Shown in pieces: positions 19,515 to 28,908 of a stretch of DNA of 64,000 nucleotides. The notes beneath the pieces were generated by a model, which was not told the origin of the DNA, did no database searches, and saw nothing but the letters and a program-made list of their open reading frames with translations. Numbering within the stretch: the stretch's first letter is position 1; every line of letters begins with the position of its first letter. Location of the stretch: positions 4,539-68,538 of the forward strand of contig CAYWYX010000001.1 of NCBI GenBank assembly GCA_964462735.1, in the 5' to 3' direction. A program made the translations under genes and the position numbers. Origin of the DNA: an uncultured Acidobacteriota bacterium. GTDB lineage: Bacteria; Acidobacteriota; Terriglobia; Versatilivoradales; Versatilivoraceae.

Positions 19515-21233
19515 ATGAATATATTAACTCAACTTCCTCATCAGTTTGATCGTTGTTATTTGCCAGGGGAGCTTGATTATTCCGATTGGAAAAAGATAGA
19601 ACCGTTCTTTAAGACTTTACAGGAGAGAAATGTTGATTCTGTCAAGGCTCTGGAGAAATGGTTGTTAGACTGGAGTGAACTAAACGATGTTCTTAATGAA
19701 GAAGGTTCTCTACGTTACATTAAAATGACGTGCAATACTGCTGACAAAAATCTTGAGAACTCTTATTTTGAGTTTTTGGAAAAGATTGGAGAAAATGTCA
19801 AGACGGCTAATGATTGTCTTAAGCATAAGTTTCTTGATTCTGTTTCCCGACAGAGCTTAGATCCTAAGAAATATTTTGTTTTTGATAGAAGCATTCAAAA
19901 CGATGTTGAACTTTTCTGTGAAGCTAACGTTGGTTTAGAAACTGAAGAGTCAAAATTAACTCAAGGTTATCAAAAAATTATAGGTGCATTAACTGTTAAG
20001 TTTGAAGGTAGAGAACAGACTCTCCAACAGATGAAAAGTTATCTAGAATATCCGTCTAGAAACCAGCGAAAGTTAGCATGGCAGGCTGTGACAGAAAGGC
20101 GATTGAAAGAGCAAGAACATTTAGAAAAAGTCTTTGAGCAGTTACTACAAATACGAGAAAAAATAGCAATCAATGCAGGCTTTTCTTCCTATAGAAATTT
20201 TAGTTTTCTTCGTCTAGAACGATTTGATTACAAACCTCAGGATTGTTTTAGTTTTCATGAAGGAGTAGAGGCCAATGTAGTTCCATTGGCTAGAAAATTA
20301 CAACGATTAAGAGCAAAAGAGTTGAATTTGAAACAGTTAAGACCTTGGGATTTAAATGTTGATCCAAAAAATCGTCAGCCTCTAAAGCCTTTTAAAGACA
20401 CTAGCTCTTTAGTGAATGGTTGCATTGAGATGGTTGGCAGGGTTGATTCTCGCTTTAGCAGTTTTCTTGAAATAATGCAGGATTCAAAGTTGCTTAATCT
20501 TGAAAGTAGAAAAAATAAAGCGCCTGGAGGATATCAATCCACTTTGAGCGAGGCAAGATTACCATTTATTTTTATGAACTCTGTTGGTATAGATGATGAC
20601 CTTAGAACTCTCCTCCATGAATCTGGACACGCTCTTCATGTTTTTGCTACCCGCCAACAACCTCTTGGACATTACCGTCATGCCCCAATGGAATTTTGTG
20701 AAGTTGCCTCAATGAGTATGGAATTATTAGCTGGTAAACACTTGAATGTTTTTTATAGTAATGAAGAAGATTTGAATCGGTCTTACAAAAAACATTTAGA
20801 AGGTATAGTGGAAATTTTGCCTTGGATTGCTCAAGTAGATGCATTTCAGCACTGGATATATACCAATCCAGGGCACACGGCACTAGATAGAAGAGAAAAA
20901 TGGGTGTCATTACACCAGCGATTTGGTGGTATTGAAATTTGGGATGGATTGGATGAAGCACTGCAGTGTCAGTGGCATCGACAATTACATATTTTCGAAT
21001 TACCTTTTTACTACATTGAATATGGAATTGCCCAACTAGGAGCACTCCAGGTCTGGTTTAATTCTAAGAACAATCTCAGCAGTGCAGTTAGCGATTATTG
21101 GTCAGCTCTTCAACTAGGTGGAAGTAGACCTCTTCCTGAATTATTTTCTAAGGCTGGAATTAAATTTAATTTCGGCCCAGAGACGATACAGCCTCTGATG
21201 CAGATGTTGGAAGAAGAGTTGGACCGGCTATGA
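19515..21233 (+). CDS. pepF: M3 family oligoendopeptidase (PepF-like)
   Basis: HExxH zinc motif LHESGHALH with a downstream E (EFCEVASM). About 570 aa, typical of M3B. Confidence 0.8.
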   Translation: MNILTQLPHQFDRCYLPGELDYSDWKKIEPFFKTLQERNVDSVKALEKWLLDWSELNDVLNEEGSLRYIKMTCNTADKNLENSYFEFLEKIGENVKTANDCLKHKFLDSVSRQSLDPKKYFVFDRSIQNDVELFCEANVGLETEESKLTQGYQKIIGALTVKFEGREQTLQQMKSYLEYPSRNQRKLAWQAVTERRLKEQEHLEKVFEQLLQIREKIAINAGFSSYRNFSFLRLERFDYKPQDCFSFHEGVEANVVPLARKLQRLRAKELNLKQLRPWDLNVDPKNRQPLKPFKDTSSLVNGCIEMVGRVDSRFSSFLEIMQDSKLLNLESRKNKAPGGYQSTLSEARLPFIFMNSVGIDDDLRTLLHESGHALHVFATRQQPLGHYRHAPMEFCEVASMSMELLAGKHLNVFYSNEEDLNRSYKKHLEGIVEILPWIAQVDAFQHWIYTNPGHTALDRREKWVSLHQRFGGIEIWDGLDEALQCQWHRQLHIFELPFYYIEYGIAQLGALQVWFNSKNNLSSAVSDYWSALQLGGSRPLPELFSKAGIKFNFGPETIQPLMQMLEEELDRL

Positions 21234-21396
21234 CTCATAAGAGACGAACAAATACAAGTAACTTGGACTGATTAAATGTTTGAGGTTATAGTTGAAAATA
21301 GTTTTCTTTGAAAAGAATATTTTTTGTATTAGACCAGTAAAAGTCTCTATTTCGATTAGGTGATAGTAAGGTAAGGTAAATTTAAAGGCATCCTAT

Positions 21397-22209
21397 ATGA
21401 AAGGTGATAAATTTCCAAATTTAGTTAGACTTGTTGATCAACTGAGGGGTCCAGACGGGTGTCCTTGGGACCGTCAACAATCGTTTGATACTTTAAAACC
21501 AATGCTGTTAGAGGAAGCTTATGAAGTTCTTGAGGCTATGGATACCAATGACAATGAAGCTCTCTGTGATGAGCTAGGAGACTTACTTTTTCAAATTGTG
21601 TTTCTTTCTCAGATGGCTGAAACCGAAGGTATTTTTGATATTGAGGATGTCATCAGTGAGGTGCTTAATAAAATGATTCGTCGTCATCCTCATGTTTTTG
21701 GCAAAGATAAGGCCATAAATTCCGATCAGGTTCTTGAAAGCTGGGAAGCTATCAAACGAAAAGAGAAAATAAACAAGGTAAAAACTGGAAATTCAAAACT
21801 CCAAGTTGATTCAATTTTGGAACATTTGCCAGCTCTGCCTGCATTATTGATGGCTCACAAGCTTACCAGTAAGGTGTCAAGAGTAGGTTTTGACTGGAAT
21901 AAATTTGATGAAATCCTTTTAAAGTTGCAGGAGGAAATTAATGAGTTAAAGGAAGCCGTTGAGTGTTCTAGTGATTCTGAGCAACGTGTTAAGGTTGAAG
22001 AAGAAATTGGCGATTTATTTTTTGTAATGGTCAATATAGCAAGGTTTTTAAAAGTTGATCCAGAAACAGCCTTACGTAAGACAAATTATAAGTTTGTCCA
22101 GCGATTTCAGTTTGTTGAAGAGTCTTTGAGAAAAGCCGGTAAGAATTTCAAGGACAGCTCAATCAAAGAAATGGAACAGTTTTGGCAAGAAGCCAAGAGA
22201 GCTAAGTAA
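21397..22209 (+). CDS. mazG: Nucleoside triphosphate pyrophosphohydrolase MazG (tandem MazG domains)
   Basis: LRGPDGCPWDRQQS...EEAYEV..A...ELGDLLFQIV, and a second EIGDLFF repeat. Confidence 0.85.
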   Translation: MKGDKFPNLVRLVDQLRGPDGCPWDRQQSFDTLKPMLLEEAYEVLEAMDTNDNEALCDELGDLLFQIVFLSQMAETEGIFDIEDVISEVLNKMIRRHPHVFGKDKAINSDQVLESWEAIKRKEKINKVKTGNSKLQVDSILEHLPALPALLMAHKLTSKVSRVGFDWNKFDEILLKLQEEINELKEAVECSSDSEQRVKVEEEIGDLFFVMVNIARFLKVDPETALRKTNYKFVQRFQFVEESLRKAGKNFKDSSIKEMEQFWQEAKRAK

Positions 22210-22277
22210 AGGTGTTAACAGTTCCTGATTCTTTTAAATAAATTCCACCAAATTCAGGATAATTATTGGTGCTGAAT

Positions 22278-22300
22278 CTTGATTAAATCAAGTTTTTTTT
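22278..22300. terminator. Putative bidirectional intrinsic terminator between convergent mazG and the sulfur-carrier operon
   Basis: CTTGAT-taa-ATCAAG hairpin followed by T8. Confidence 0.4.
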
Positions 22301-22320
22301 ACCTGCTACTAATTATTCTC

Positions 22321-22596
22321 CTATCCTCCTGCAATGGCAGGAATTATAGATAGTTCGTCTTCATCACTAATGGATGTTTGTAAATTTTCTAGGAAACGAA
22401 TATCTTCTTCATTCACGAAGATATTGACAAAACGGCGGACTTTACCATCCGTTTCACAAATTCTATCTTTAAGACCAGGATAATTTTTGTCAAGGTCCTC
22501 AATAATTTCTAAAACGGACCGTCCAGTTCCGGTAACAACTTCTTCTCCATTGGTAAGAGTTCTTAATTGAACAGGAATACGGACTGAAATGGGCAT
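22321..22596 (-). CDS. MoaD/ThiS/CysO-family ubiquitin-like sulfur carrier protein (C-terminal Gly-Gly)
   Basis: 91 aa ending ...IIPAIAGG. It is the last gene of a SAM-riboswitch-controlled operon that also has an E1-like enzyme and a cysteine desulfurase. Confidence 0.65.
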   Translation of the reverse strand: MPISVRIPVQLRTLTNGEEVVTGTGRSVLEIIEDLDKNYPGLKDRICETDGKVRRFVNIFVNEEDIRFLENLQTSISDEDELSIIPAIAGG

Positions 22597-22667
22597 AAAC
22601 CCTCCTCTTTAATTTAAAAAATCTAAATCTAATGTTACTAAACTCTGGCGAACTCCTCAAATTTGTT

Positions 22668-23726
22668 CTAGCCTTTTTGCCGTGCTATCAACAATTTTTT
22701 CTTGTAAAGGAGTTCAGCATTTAAAACAGCAGCTCCAGCTGCCCCACGGATAGTATTGTGACAGAGTAATTCAAACTTATAGTCAAAAACAGAGCAAGGA
22801 CGAATTCGCCCCACAGCTACAGACATTCCACTTCCTAGATTTCGGTCCAATCTTGGTTGGGGTCTGTCCGGGGATTCAAGATAAATCACAGGTTTTCTAG
22901 GTGCACTAGGTAAATCCACAGACGGACAATTGGAAAGAACCTCAATCAGCTGGCTTTTAGATGGAGTTTGGTTGAATTTTACTGAGACAGCTTCCAAATG
23001 TCCGTCTTGTACATTAACTCGGTGGCACTGTGCACTAATCTTAAAATCTGAATAAATTATTTTTCCAGATTGGTATTTTCCTAAAATCTTGAGCGGTTCT
23101 TGCTCAACCTTTTCTTCTTCTCCTTCGATATAGGGCAAAACATTGTCTATCATGTCTAGACTGGGTACACCAGGATAACCAGCGCCAGACAATGCTTGCA
23201 TTGTGACAACACTAACCTCTTTCAGTCCAAATACTTTAGCAAGTGGAGCTAGGACTATAATTAGGGCGATAGTAGTACAGTTTGGATTTGTAATAACAAA
23301 ACCAGATCCAAATCCTCGTTTTTTTTGCTGAATGGGAATAAGTTCTAGGTGCTTGGGATTAACTTCAGGGACCAACAAAGGAACATCTTCAGCCATACGA
23401 TGGTTTTTAGAGTTGCTTACTACTGGGTAACCGGCCCTAGCAAAACTAAGCTCAGTTTGACCAGCGATTGATGAAGGTAATACAGAAAATATTAGATCGA
23501 CTCCAAATGGGGGTCGACAGTTTCTTAAGGGTAATTCTTGAATAAATTCAGGCATTGATTCCGAAACTCTCCAGTGACAGGCTTCCCTGTACTTTTGTCC
23601 AATAGAGTGATCAGATGCTCCAAGTTCTTTCACCTTAAACCACGGATGGTTCTCTAGTAACTGAATTAATCGTTGGCCTACTGTTCCAGTTGCTCCTAGG
23701 ATACCTACTTGCAACTTTTTATTCAT
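22668..23726 (-). CDS. asd: Aspartate-semialdehyde dehydrogenase
   Basis: N-terminal GILGATGTVGQ Rossmann motif. Conserved Asd blocks including the active-site Cys region (ITNPNCTT) and HRV. Confidence 0.85.
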   Translation of the reverse strand: MNKKLQVGILGATGTVGQRLIQLLENHPWFKVKELGASDHSIGQKYREACHWRVSESMPEFIQELPLRNCRPPFGVDLIFSVLPSSIAGQTELSFARAGYPVVSNSKNHRMAEDVPLLVPEVNPKHLELIPIQQKKRGFGSGFVITNPNCTTIALIIVLAPLAKVFGLKEVSVVTMQALSGAGYPGVPSLDMIDNVLPYIEGEEEKVEQEPLKILGKYQSGKIIYSDFKISAQCHRVNVQDGHLEAVSVKFNQTPSKSQLIEVLSNCPSVDLPSAPRKPVIYLESPDRPQPRLDRNLGSGMSVAVGRIRPCSVFDYKFELLCHNTIRGAAGAAVLNAELLYKKKLLIARQKG

Positions 23727-23814
23727 CAGGGCCTTTCTTTGAATCTTAGATCAACGGGTGGTATTCTTTCTTTTAACTTGTTCTTCCAACTAACACCTCA
23801 ATGATAGTCAATTT

Positions 23815-24948
23815 TTAAAGCTGATCTAAAGCTTCACAGCATTCATAGATATCTTCCATGGTATTAAAATAACCAGGACTAATCCTGATGAGGCCCTCAG
23901 GAGCTGTTTTCAAGGATCTATGAACATAAGGAGCACAATGAAGTCCGGATCGAACAGCGATCTGGAATGATTCGTCTAAAATAGCCCCGACTTCAGAGGA
24001 AGTATAATTTTTCCAGTTAACAGCTAGTGAACCAACACGCAGGTCAATATCAAGACTACCATAAAGTTGACATTGTTTTTTCTCGCGAAGCATTGTAATG
24101 AGTTGAGAAAGTAATTTCTGATCATGAGACCGAATTTTGTCAAATCCCTCTCTAATTACAAATTGCATACCTGCCCGTAGGCCTGCAATTCCTAATGTGT
24201 TAGGTGTGCCACTCTCCAATAGATATGGAAGTTCTTTGGGTTGTCGCGGATTTTCTGAGTTCGTCCCAGTTCCACCTTCTCTCCAGGGAGAGAGTGAAGC
24301 TCGGTCCCCGATTAGTAATAATCCAATACCCGTAGGTCCTAATAGTGATTTATGTCCGGGACAAGCTAGTAGGTCGATGTGTGAAGTTGACATATCTATG
24401 GGTATTATTCCTGCTGTCTGGGCTGCATCGACCAGAAAAATCAAGTTGTTTTCTCTACAAATTTTTCCTACTTCAGTTATTGGTTGAATAGTTCCTAGAA
24501 CGTTGGAAGCATGAAGAAGACTGATTAATCGAGTTCTAGATGTTATTGCTTTACGGAAGTCATTGGGATCAACAAACCCTTCAGTTGAAAAGGGAATCTG
24601 GGTAAGAGTAATTACTTGATTTTCCTCAAGTTGTTTTAAAGGTCGTGAAACTGAATTATGTTCAAGTAAACTGGTAATGACATGGTCTCCAGGTTGGACT
24701 ATACCCTTTATAGCAATGTTAAGTGAATCCGTTCCATTCAGAGTGAAGATCACTCTGTGATGATCAGACATTCCAAAAAAATGACCAGCTAGAAGTCGAG
24801 TATCCTCAATAGTTTTTTCTGTTTGGTATGCGAATTGATAATTACCTCTGCCAGGATTGGCTCCTTCCCTTTGCAGGTAACCATCAAGTTCTTTGTAAAC
24901 AGATTCTGGTTTTGGATAGCTAGTTGCTGCATTGTCTAAATAAAGCAT
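23815..24948 (-). CDS. Cysteine desulfurase / class V aminotransferase (group II, SufS/CsdA-like)
   Basis: PLP-Lys region (CPGHKSLLGPTGIG) and the persulfide Cys motif RSGLHCAPY. Confidence 0.75.
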   Translation of the reverse strand: MLYLDNAATSYPKPESVYKELDGYLQREGANPGRGNYQFAYQTEKTIEDTRLLAGHFFGMSDHHRVIFTLNGTDSLNIAIKGIVQPGDHVITSLLEHNSVSRPLKQLEENQVITLTQIPFSTEGFVDPNDFRKAITSRTRLISLLHASNVLGTIQPITEVGKICRENNLIFLVDAAQTAGIIPIDMSTSHIDLLACPGHKSLLGPTGIGLLLIGDRASLSPWREGGTGTNSENPRQPKELPYLLESGTPNTLGIAGLRAGMQFVIREGFDKIRSHDQKLLSQLITMLREKKQCQLYGSLDIDLRVGSLAVNWKNYTSSEVGAILDESFQIAVRSGLHCAPYVHRSLKTAPEGLIRISPGYFNTMEDIYECCEALDQL

Positions 24949-25031
24949 GTTAGAAGATAATTAATAGAGACAGTATTTTAATTGAAAAGCTAATCCTTGT
25001 TTTGTGGAAAATCTCTGCAAAGATTGCCCAG

Positions 25032-26075
25032 TTAATTTCCAATGTAACGGGAATACAGCGACCGAGCCAGTTGATGATTGCTAGTCCCTTTAACAATGCT
25101 TCGACCATCAAGAAAGACTATAATTTCTGCATCTTTACACTTGAATCGAAGGAGAAAACGATTAAAAGATACACTACCAAGAAGTTGTAGCCGACGACCT
25201 AGTTCTGGTAAATTTACTTTCTTTCCTTTAGGTTGAAATATTTGTACAGAATCTCGTCCACAAAGAGTTGTTGTTGAAGTTGAGTGATCACCCTTAAGAA
25301 ACTCTAACTTACCAGAATGACAAACAGGACAGTCATGGCTTTCGCTGCTACTAGCTATTTCTAACCACTGCCAGCTATTTTTCCAGATGTCCAAACACAA
25401 TAGTTTAGAGTTAAGTTGTTTTGTTTTTCCGGTTAGAATTTTAATTGCTTCAGTAACCTGTAAAGAACTGACTATACTTGCAATAGGTGAAAGAATTCCA
25501 GCCGTATCGCAAGTCGGGGTGCTGCCAGGTAAAGGGGGTGACTCCATAATACAACGAAAACAGGGTGTCTGCCTTGGAATAATTGTCATAGTAAGACCAC
25601 TACTGCCAACTGCTGCCCCATAGATCCAAGGGATCCTCTTTTTGTATGAAACGTCATTTAGTAGAAACCTAGTTTCAAAATTATCTGTACCATCAAGAAT
25701 ACAATCAATTCCTTCCATTAAAGATTCAGCATTTCGGTAGTTGAGATCTACAACGTGAGCTTCTATATTGACTAATGAGTTTATTTTATTCAGGTGTTGT
25801 TTCACAGCAATAGCTTTAGGTAGAGATTTTTCTGCATCTTCTTCATTAAAAAGAGTTTGTCTTTGCAAGTTGCTCTTTTCCACAAAGTCTCTGTCAATCA
25901 GTGTGAGATGCCCTATTCCTGCTCGACAGAGAGTTTCAGCTTGAACAGTTCCGAGGGCCCCGCATCCTACAATTGCTACTCGACTTTCAATTAGGTGCTG
26001 TTGACCTTGACTTCCTACTCCTGGAAATAATATTTGACGGGAATATCTTTCTAAGTTGTCTGACACCGATTTCAC
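25032..26075 (-). CDS. ThiF/MoeB-family E1-like adenylyltransferase with an extra C-terminal domain
   Basis: VAIVGCGALG Rossmann motif, RQ..F, zinc tetrad CFRC...CPVC. The ~90-aa C-terminal extension has no rhodanese Cys motif. Confidence 0.8.
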   Translation of the reverse strand: MKSVSDNLERYSRQILFPGVGSQGQQHLIESRVAIVGCGALGTVQAETLCRAGIGHLTLIDRDFVEKSNLQRQTLFNEEDAEKSLPKAIAVKQHLNKINSLVNIEAHVVDLNYRNAESLMEGIDCILDGTDNFETRFLLNDVSYKKRIPWIYGAAVGSSGLTMTIIPRQTPCFRCIMESPPLPGSTPTCDTAGILSPIASIVSSLQVTEAIKILTGKTKQLNSKLLCLDIWKNSWQWLEIASSSESHDCPVCHSGKLEFLKGDHSTSTTTLCGRDSVQIFQPKGKKVNLPELGRRLQLLGSVSFNRFLLRFKCKDAEIIVFLDGRSIVKGTSNHQLARSLYSRYIGN

Positions 26076-26145
26076 TATAAAAAAACTCCCTTAGGGAAGA
26101 GCAGAATAGGTAATTTAAAACTATAAATGGGATCTGTCATCAATT

Positions 26146-27387
26146 TTAAGCTACATTTTGAACAGTATTGACTGTTTTTTCAAACTCACTTAACTTAGCG
26201 TTAATGACTAAAGGTTTAGTAAGGTGATTTTCTATGGCTTCCTGTGTTTTTAGACCATTTCCGGTTATAGAAATTACGGTTAGATCGTTCTTTTTTATCC
26301 TACCCTGTTGGATAAGTTTTTGAGTTACAGCTACGGTAACGCCTCCAGCTGTCTCAGTAAAGATTCCTTCATCTTCGGCTAAAACTTTGATCCCAGTTAC
26401 AATTTCATCATCAGTAACATCTTCTCCCCACCCCTTAGTTTCTCGCATAGTCTGAATAGCATAGTAACCATCAGCTGGATTTCCAATGGAAATCGATTTT
26501 GCAATAGTTTGAGGTTTTACAGGTTTTATGAAATCTTGACTGGACTTAAGGGCCGTGGTAATTGGTGAACAGCCGGTGGCCTGTGCTCCGTAGATACGAC
26601 AATGATTATTGGAAATGAGACCAAGGCGTTCCATTTCTCCAAAGGCTTTACCTATTTTAGTAATCAAAGATCCACCAGCCATGGGAACCACAATACAATC
26701 AGGGGCACGCCATTTAAGTTGTTCTGCAATTTCGAAACCGTGACTCTTAGACCCTTCTGCATAAAAAGGACGAAGATTAATATTTACGAATCCCCAGTGA
26801 TGTCTCCCAGCGATTTCACTGCAGAGTCTATTAACGTCATCATAATTACCATTAATTCCGATAACTTCTGTTTTATAAATTAAACTACCTATTACTTTTC
26901 CCGTTTCAAGATCAGATGGAATGAAGACATAGCTTTTTAGGCCTACACTGGCTGAATTTGCAGCTACAGAATTAGCCAGATTTCCAGTAGAAGCACAGCC
27001 TACTGTTTTAAATCCAAATTCGAGAGCTTTGGAAAGTGCAACTGACACTACCCGATCCTTAAAAGAGAGAGTAGGGTAACATACGCTATCATTTTTTATG
27101 AAGAGCTCCTCTAAACCAAGACGTTTAGCTAAATTATCTGCCTTGATTAAGGGAGTAAACCCCACATCTAAGCCTACCTGAGGGGCTTTATCCAATGGAA
27201 GAAGCTCTGAATATCGCCACATGTTTGGTTTTCTCTTTTCAAGTACGCCCCTATCTACTACTTTTTTAATAGCTTGATAGTCGTAAATCACCTCTAATGG
27301 ACCAAAACAAAACTCACAAACCGACAGAGGTTCTTTAGGGTAGGTCTTTCCACATTCTTTACATTGTAGTCCAGTTACAAACTGCAT
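26146..27387 (-). CDS. Threonine-synthase-like PLP enzyme (ThrC fold); context suggests an O-phosphohomoserine-dependent homocysteine synthase (MetM-like) rather than a canonical ThrC
   Basis: PLP-Lys motif PTLSFKDR. N-terminal Cys4 ribbon CKECG...CEFC. First gene behind the SAM-I riboswitch and co-operonic with the sulfur carrier, E1 and cysteine desulfurase. Confidence 0.8.
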   Translation of the reverse strand: MQFVTGLQCKECGKTYPKEPLSVCEFCFGPLEVIYDYQAIKKVVDRGVLEKRKPNMWRYSELLPLDKAPQVGLDVGFTPLIKADNLAKRLGLEELFIKNDSVCYPTLSFKDRVVSVALSKALEFGFKTVGCASTGNLANSVAANSASVGLKSYVFIPSDLETGKVIGSLIYKTEVIGINGNYDDVNRLCSEIAGRHHWGFVNINLRPFYAEGSKSHGFEIAEQLKWRAPDCIVVPMAGGSLITKIGKAFGEMERLGLISNNHCRIYGAQATGCSPITTALKSSQDFIKPVKPQTIAKSISIGNPADGYYAIQTMRETKGWGEDVTDDEIVTGIKVLAEDEGIFTETAGGVTVAVTQKLIQQGRIKKNDLTVISITGNGLKTQEAIENHLTKPLVINAKLSEFEKTVNTVQNVA

Positions 27388-27430
27388 ATTCTCCTCACGT
27401 TAGAAAGAATCAAGATGATGTTTAAAAGAC

Positions 27431-27464
27431 AAAAAAAAACCTCTTCGACAAGATGAGAAGAGGT
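27431..27464 (-). terminator. Riboswitch expression-platform intrinsic terminator
   Basis: Minus-strand RNA ACCUCUUC-ucaucuugucg-GAAGAGG followed by U9. Sits 44 nt upstream of the thrC-like start, which has a GAGGAG RBS. Confidence 0.75.
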
Positions 27465-27587
27465 ATATATCTACATTCCCATTCTTATCTTTCAGAAACC
27501 TTGTTCTGTCGGAGTTGGCACCTTCCCTCAATAGGAGGTTGCCGTGGCTTCTAAGGGCCAGTCCCTCAGCCACTCTGGATAAGAACG
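27431..27587 (-). promoter_or_regulatory. SAM-I (S-box) riboswitch, aptamer plus terminator
   Basis: Minus-strand RNA CUCUUAUCCAGAGUGGCUGAGGGACUGGCCCUUAGAAGCCACGGCAACC...AAGGUGCCAACUCCGACAGAAC...CUGAAAGAUAAGA matches the S-box consensus almost base for base. Confidence 0.85.
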
Positions 27588-27607
27588 TTATTTAATTGTA
27601 AAAAGTG

Positions 27608-27635
27608 ATTATATTCACAACACCGGAAATGTCAA
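27608..27635 (-). promoter_or_regulatory. Near-consensus sigma70 promoter driving the riboswitch/operon
   Basis: Minus strand TTGACA-16 nt-TATAAT. The predicted TSS is about 10 nt upstream of the aptamer 5' end. Confidence 0.6.
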
Positions 27636-27897
27636 GAGACAATTCACAAGGATACAAAATCAGAAAAACATTTGGATTTATTGGATTCATAGAGTATAGA
27701 GAAGAATAGTTGGTTTATTGGGTCAACGAGGTATAGGGTTTCAGTTTAACCTCTAAGGTCAAGAAAAGACTAAAATTAGAAATTTGATATAAACAATAGA
27801 TTCAACAAGTCTAAATCATCTAAATATGAAAGTACAATCGGCGAAATTAGGCTTCAAAAAGATTCTTTTGAAATTATATTTGTTTGATTTATTGCAA

Positions 27898-28860
27898 TTA
27901 ATGATTTAATAAACGTCCTATCACACGCCTTAAAAACTCTTCTTTATTAATCGCAATCCCAACTTTAGCATTTGACAACGGATTCTCCTTAATGATTGTT
28001 AATCCTTCGTTGGTAACATGAATTTGAGCAGGCTGGGTGACAAAGAGTTCCGGCCATAATACCATGCCTATTGGGACTACATCATAGAGTATCGGTGTCT
28101 CTTTTCCCCATAATTGATAGAGAGAACGTAATGAGTTTGTCAATGGTGAATTAACTTCCCAAAGGTCTTGTCGTGCTTCTTTTTTTAATTTTAGAGATGC
28201 TGTAATATCAAGACCTGCATAGGTTATAGGTAATAAAGAGTTTGTCAGCCTGATAGCAGATGGAATGTCAGCCCGAACATTCCATTCTACTGAAGGAGTC
28301 GGTTTGTCGTCATATCCTCTATAAAACGAGCCCAACATAGAATAAATTCCTTTTGCTAGGGTTAAAACTTCGGGATCTTTTTGAAGGACCTCTGCTACAT
28401 TTGAGACTGGGCCTGTTGTAATCAGAATTACCTGTTTTGGGTAAAGCCGTAGTTGGTTAGCTATAAATGTTGCTGCTGGAGTTTCAATTGGCTTTATTTT
28501 TGAAAAATCCTTTGCCCATGAAAACTGCCTAAAAGTTGGTTCGTTGAATGTCAGATTACCCACAATTGAGGCTGTTTTTCTTCCTACTCCCACGGGGATA
28601 TGATCCATCTCGGTTTCATAGAGAAACCGACAGGCTAGTTTTGATCTTTCTTTAGTTTGTCCGTGACCCACTGTAATGCCTAGGATTTCGAGTTCTGGGC
28701 TGTTTAATAGTAAAGCAAGTGCAAAAGCGTCATCAATGTCACTGCCGAGGTCAGAATCTAGAATAATTTTTTGGCCTTTAGCAAGAATATTGTTCTGAGC
28801 AGTCATCACTAGAAGGAAAATAAAGATTTTTCCAATGACATGAAAAAATTTAAGTTCCAT
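27898..28860 (-). CDS. Secreted nucleoside hydrolase (inosine-uridine preferring family)
   Basis: N-terminal signal peptide. IU-NH aspartate cluster DSDLGSDIDDAFAL. Confidence 0.75.
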   Translation of the reverse strand: MELKFFHVIGKIFIFLLVMTAQNNILAKGQKIILDSDLGSDIDDAFALALLLNSPELEILGITVGHGQTKERSKLACRFLYETEMDHIPVGVGRKTASIVGNLTFNEPTFRQFSWAKDFSKIKPIETPAATFIANQLRLYPKQVILITTGPVSNVAEVLQKDPEVLTLAKGIYSMLGSFYRGYDDKPTPSVEWNVRADIPSAIRLTNSLLPITYAGLDITASLKLKKEARQDLWEVNSPLTNSLRSLYQLWGKETPILYDVVPIGMVLWPELFVTQPAQIHVTNEGLTIIKENPLSNAKVGIAINKEEFLRRVIGRLLNH

Positions 28861-28908
28861 TGTTTATTTGTTTGCCTTAAAAGAAAAGCTGGTCTACTCC
28901 ATAATTTT

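Noticed and set aside
21234-21396. Possible terminator hairpin after pepF (TTCTTTgaAAAGAA + T-run)
   Set aside because: The loop would be only 2 nt. This is not a credible hairpin.
24137-24487. 116-aa plus-strand ORF inside the cysteine desulfurase gene. Similar antisense/overlapping ORFs occur at 321-566, 1212-1415, 8957-9217, 11163-11351, 12144-12359, 12700-12903, 14570-14845, 15299-15541, 17572-17769, 20647-21045, 25002-25190, 25387-25623, 26602-26883, 30380-30703, 33049-33237, 34149-34379, 34597-34935, 35674-35892, 36996-37271, 38256-38444, 39194-39418, 39649-39837, 46043-46355, 49259-50282, 53301-53516, 57182-58197, 59612-59830, 60963-61205, 61641-62012, 62612-62794 and 63332-63658.
   Set aside because: Each is embedded in, or antisense to, a longer ORF with clear homology-type motifs. 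Their compositions are low-complexity or Ser/Pro/Thr-rich, typical of shadow ORFs. 63332-63658 is antisense to the real ftsZ.
26146-27387. Calling this gene simply threonine synthase (thrC)
   Set aside because: The fold and PLP motif are ThrC-like. But a SAM-I riboswitch and co-transcription with a GG sulfur carrier, an E1 and a cysteine desulfurase argue for a methionine/homocysteine role, so I kept the call at ThrC-like.
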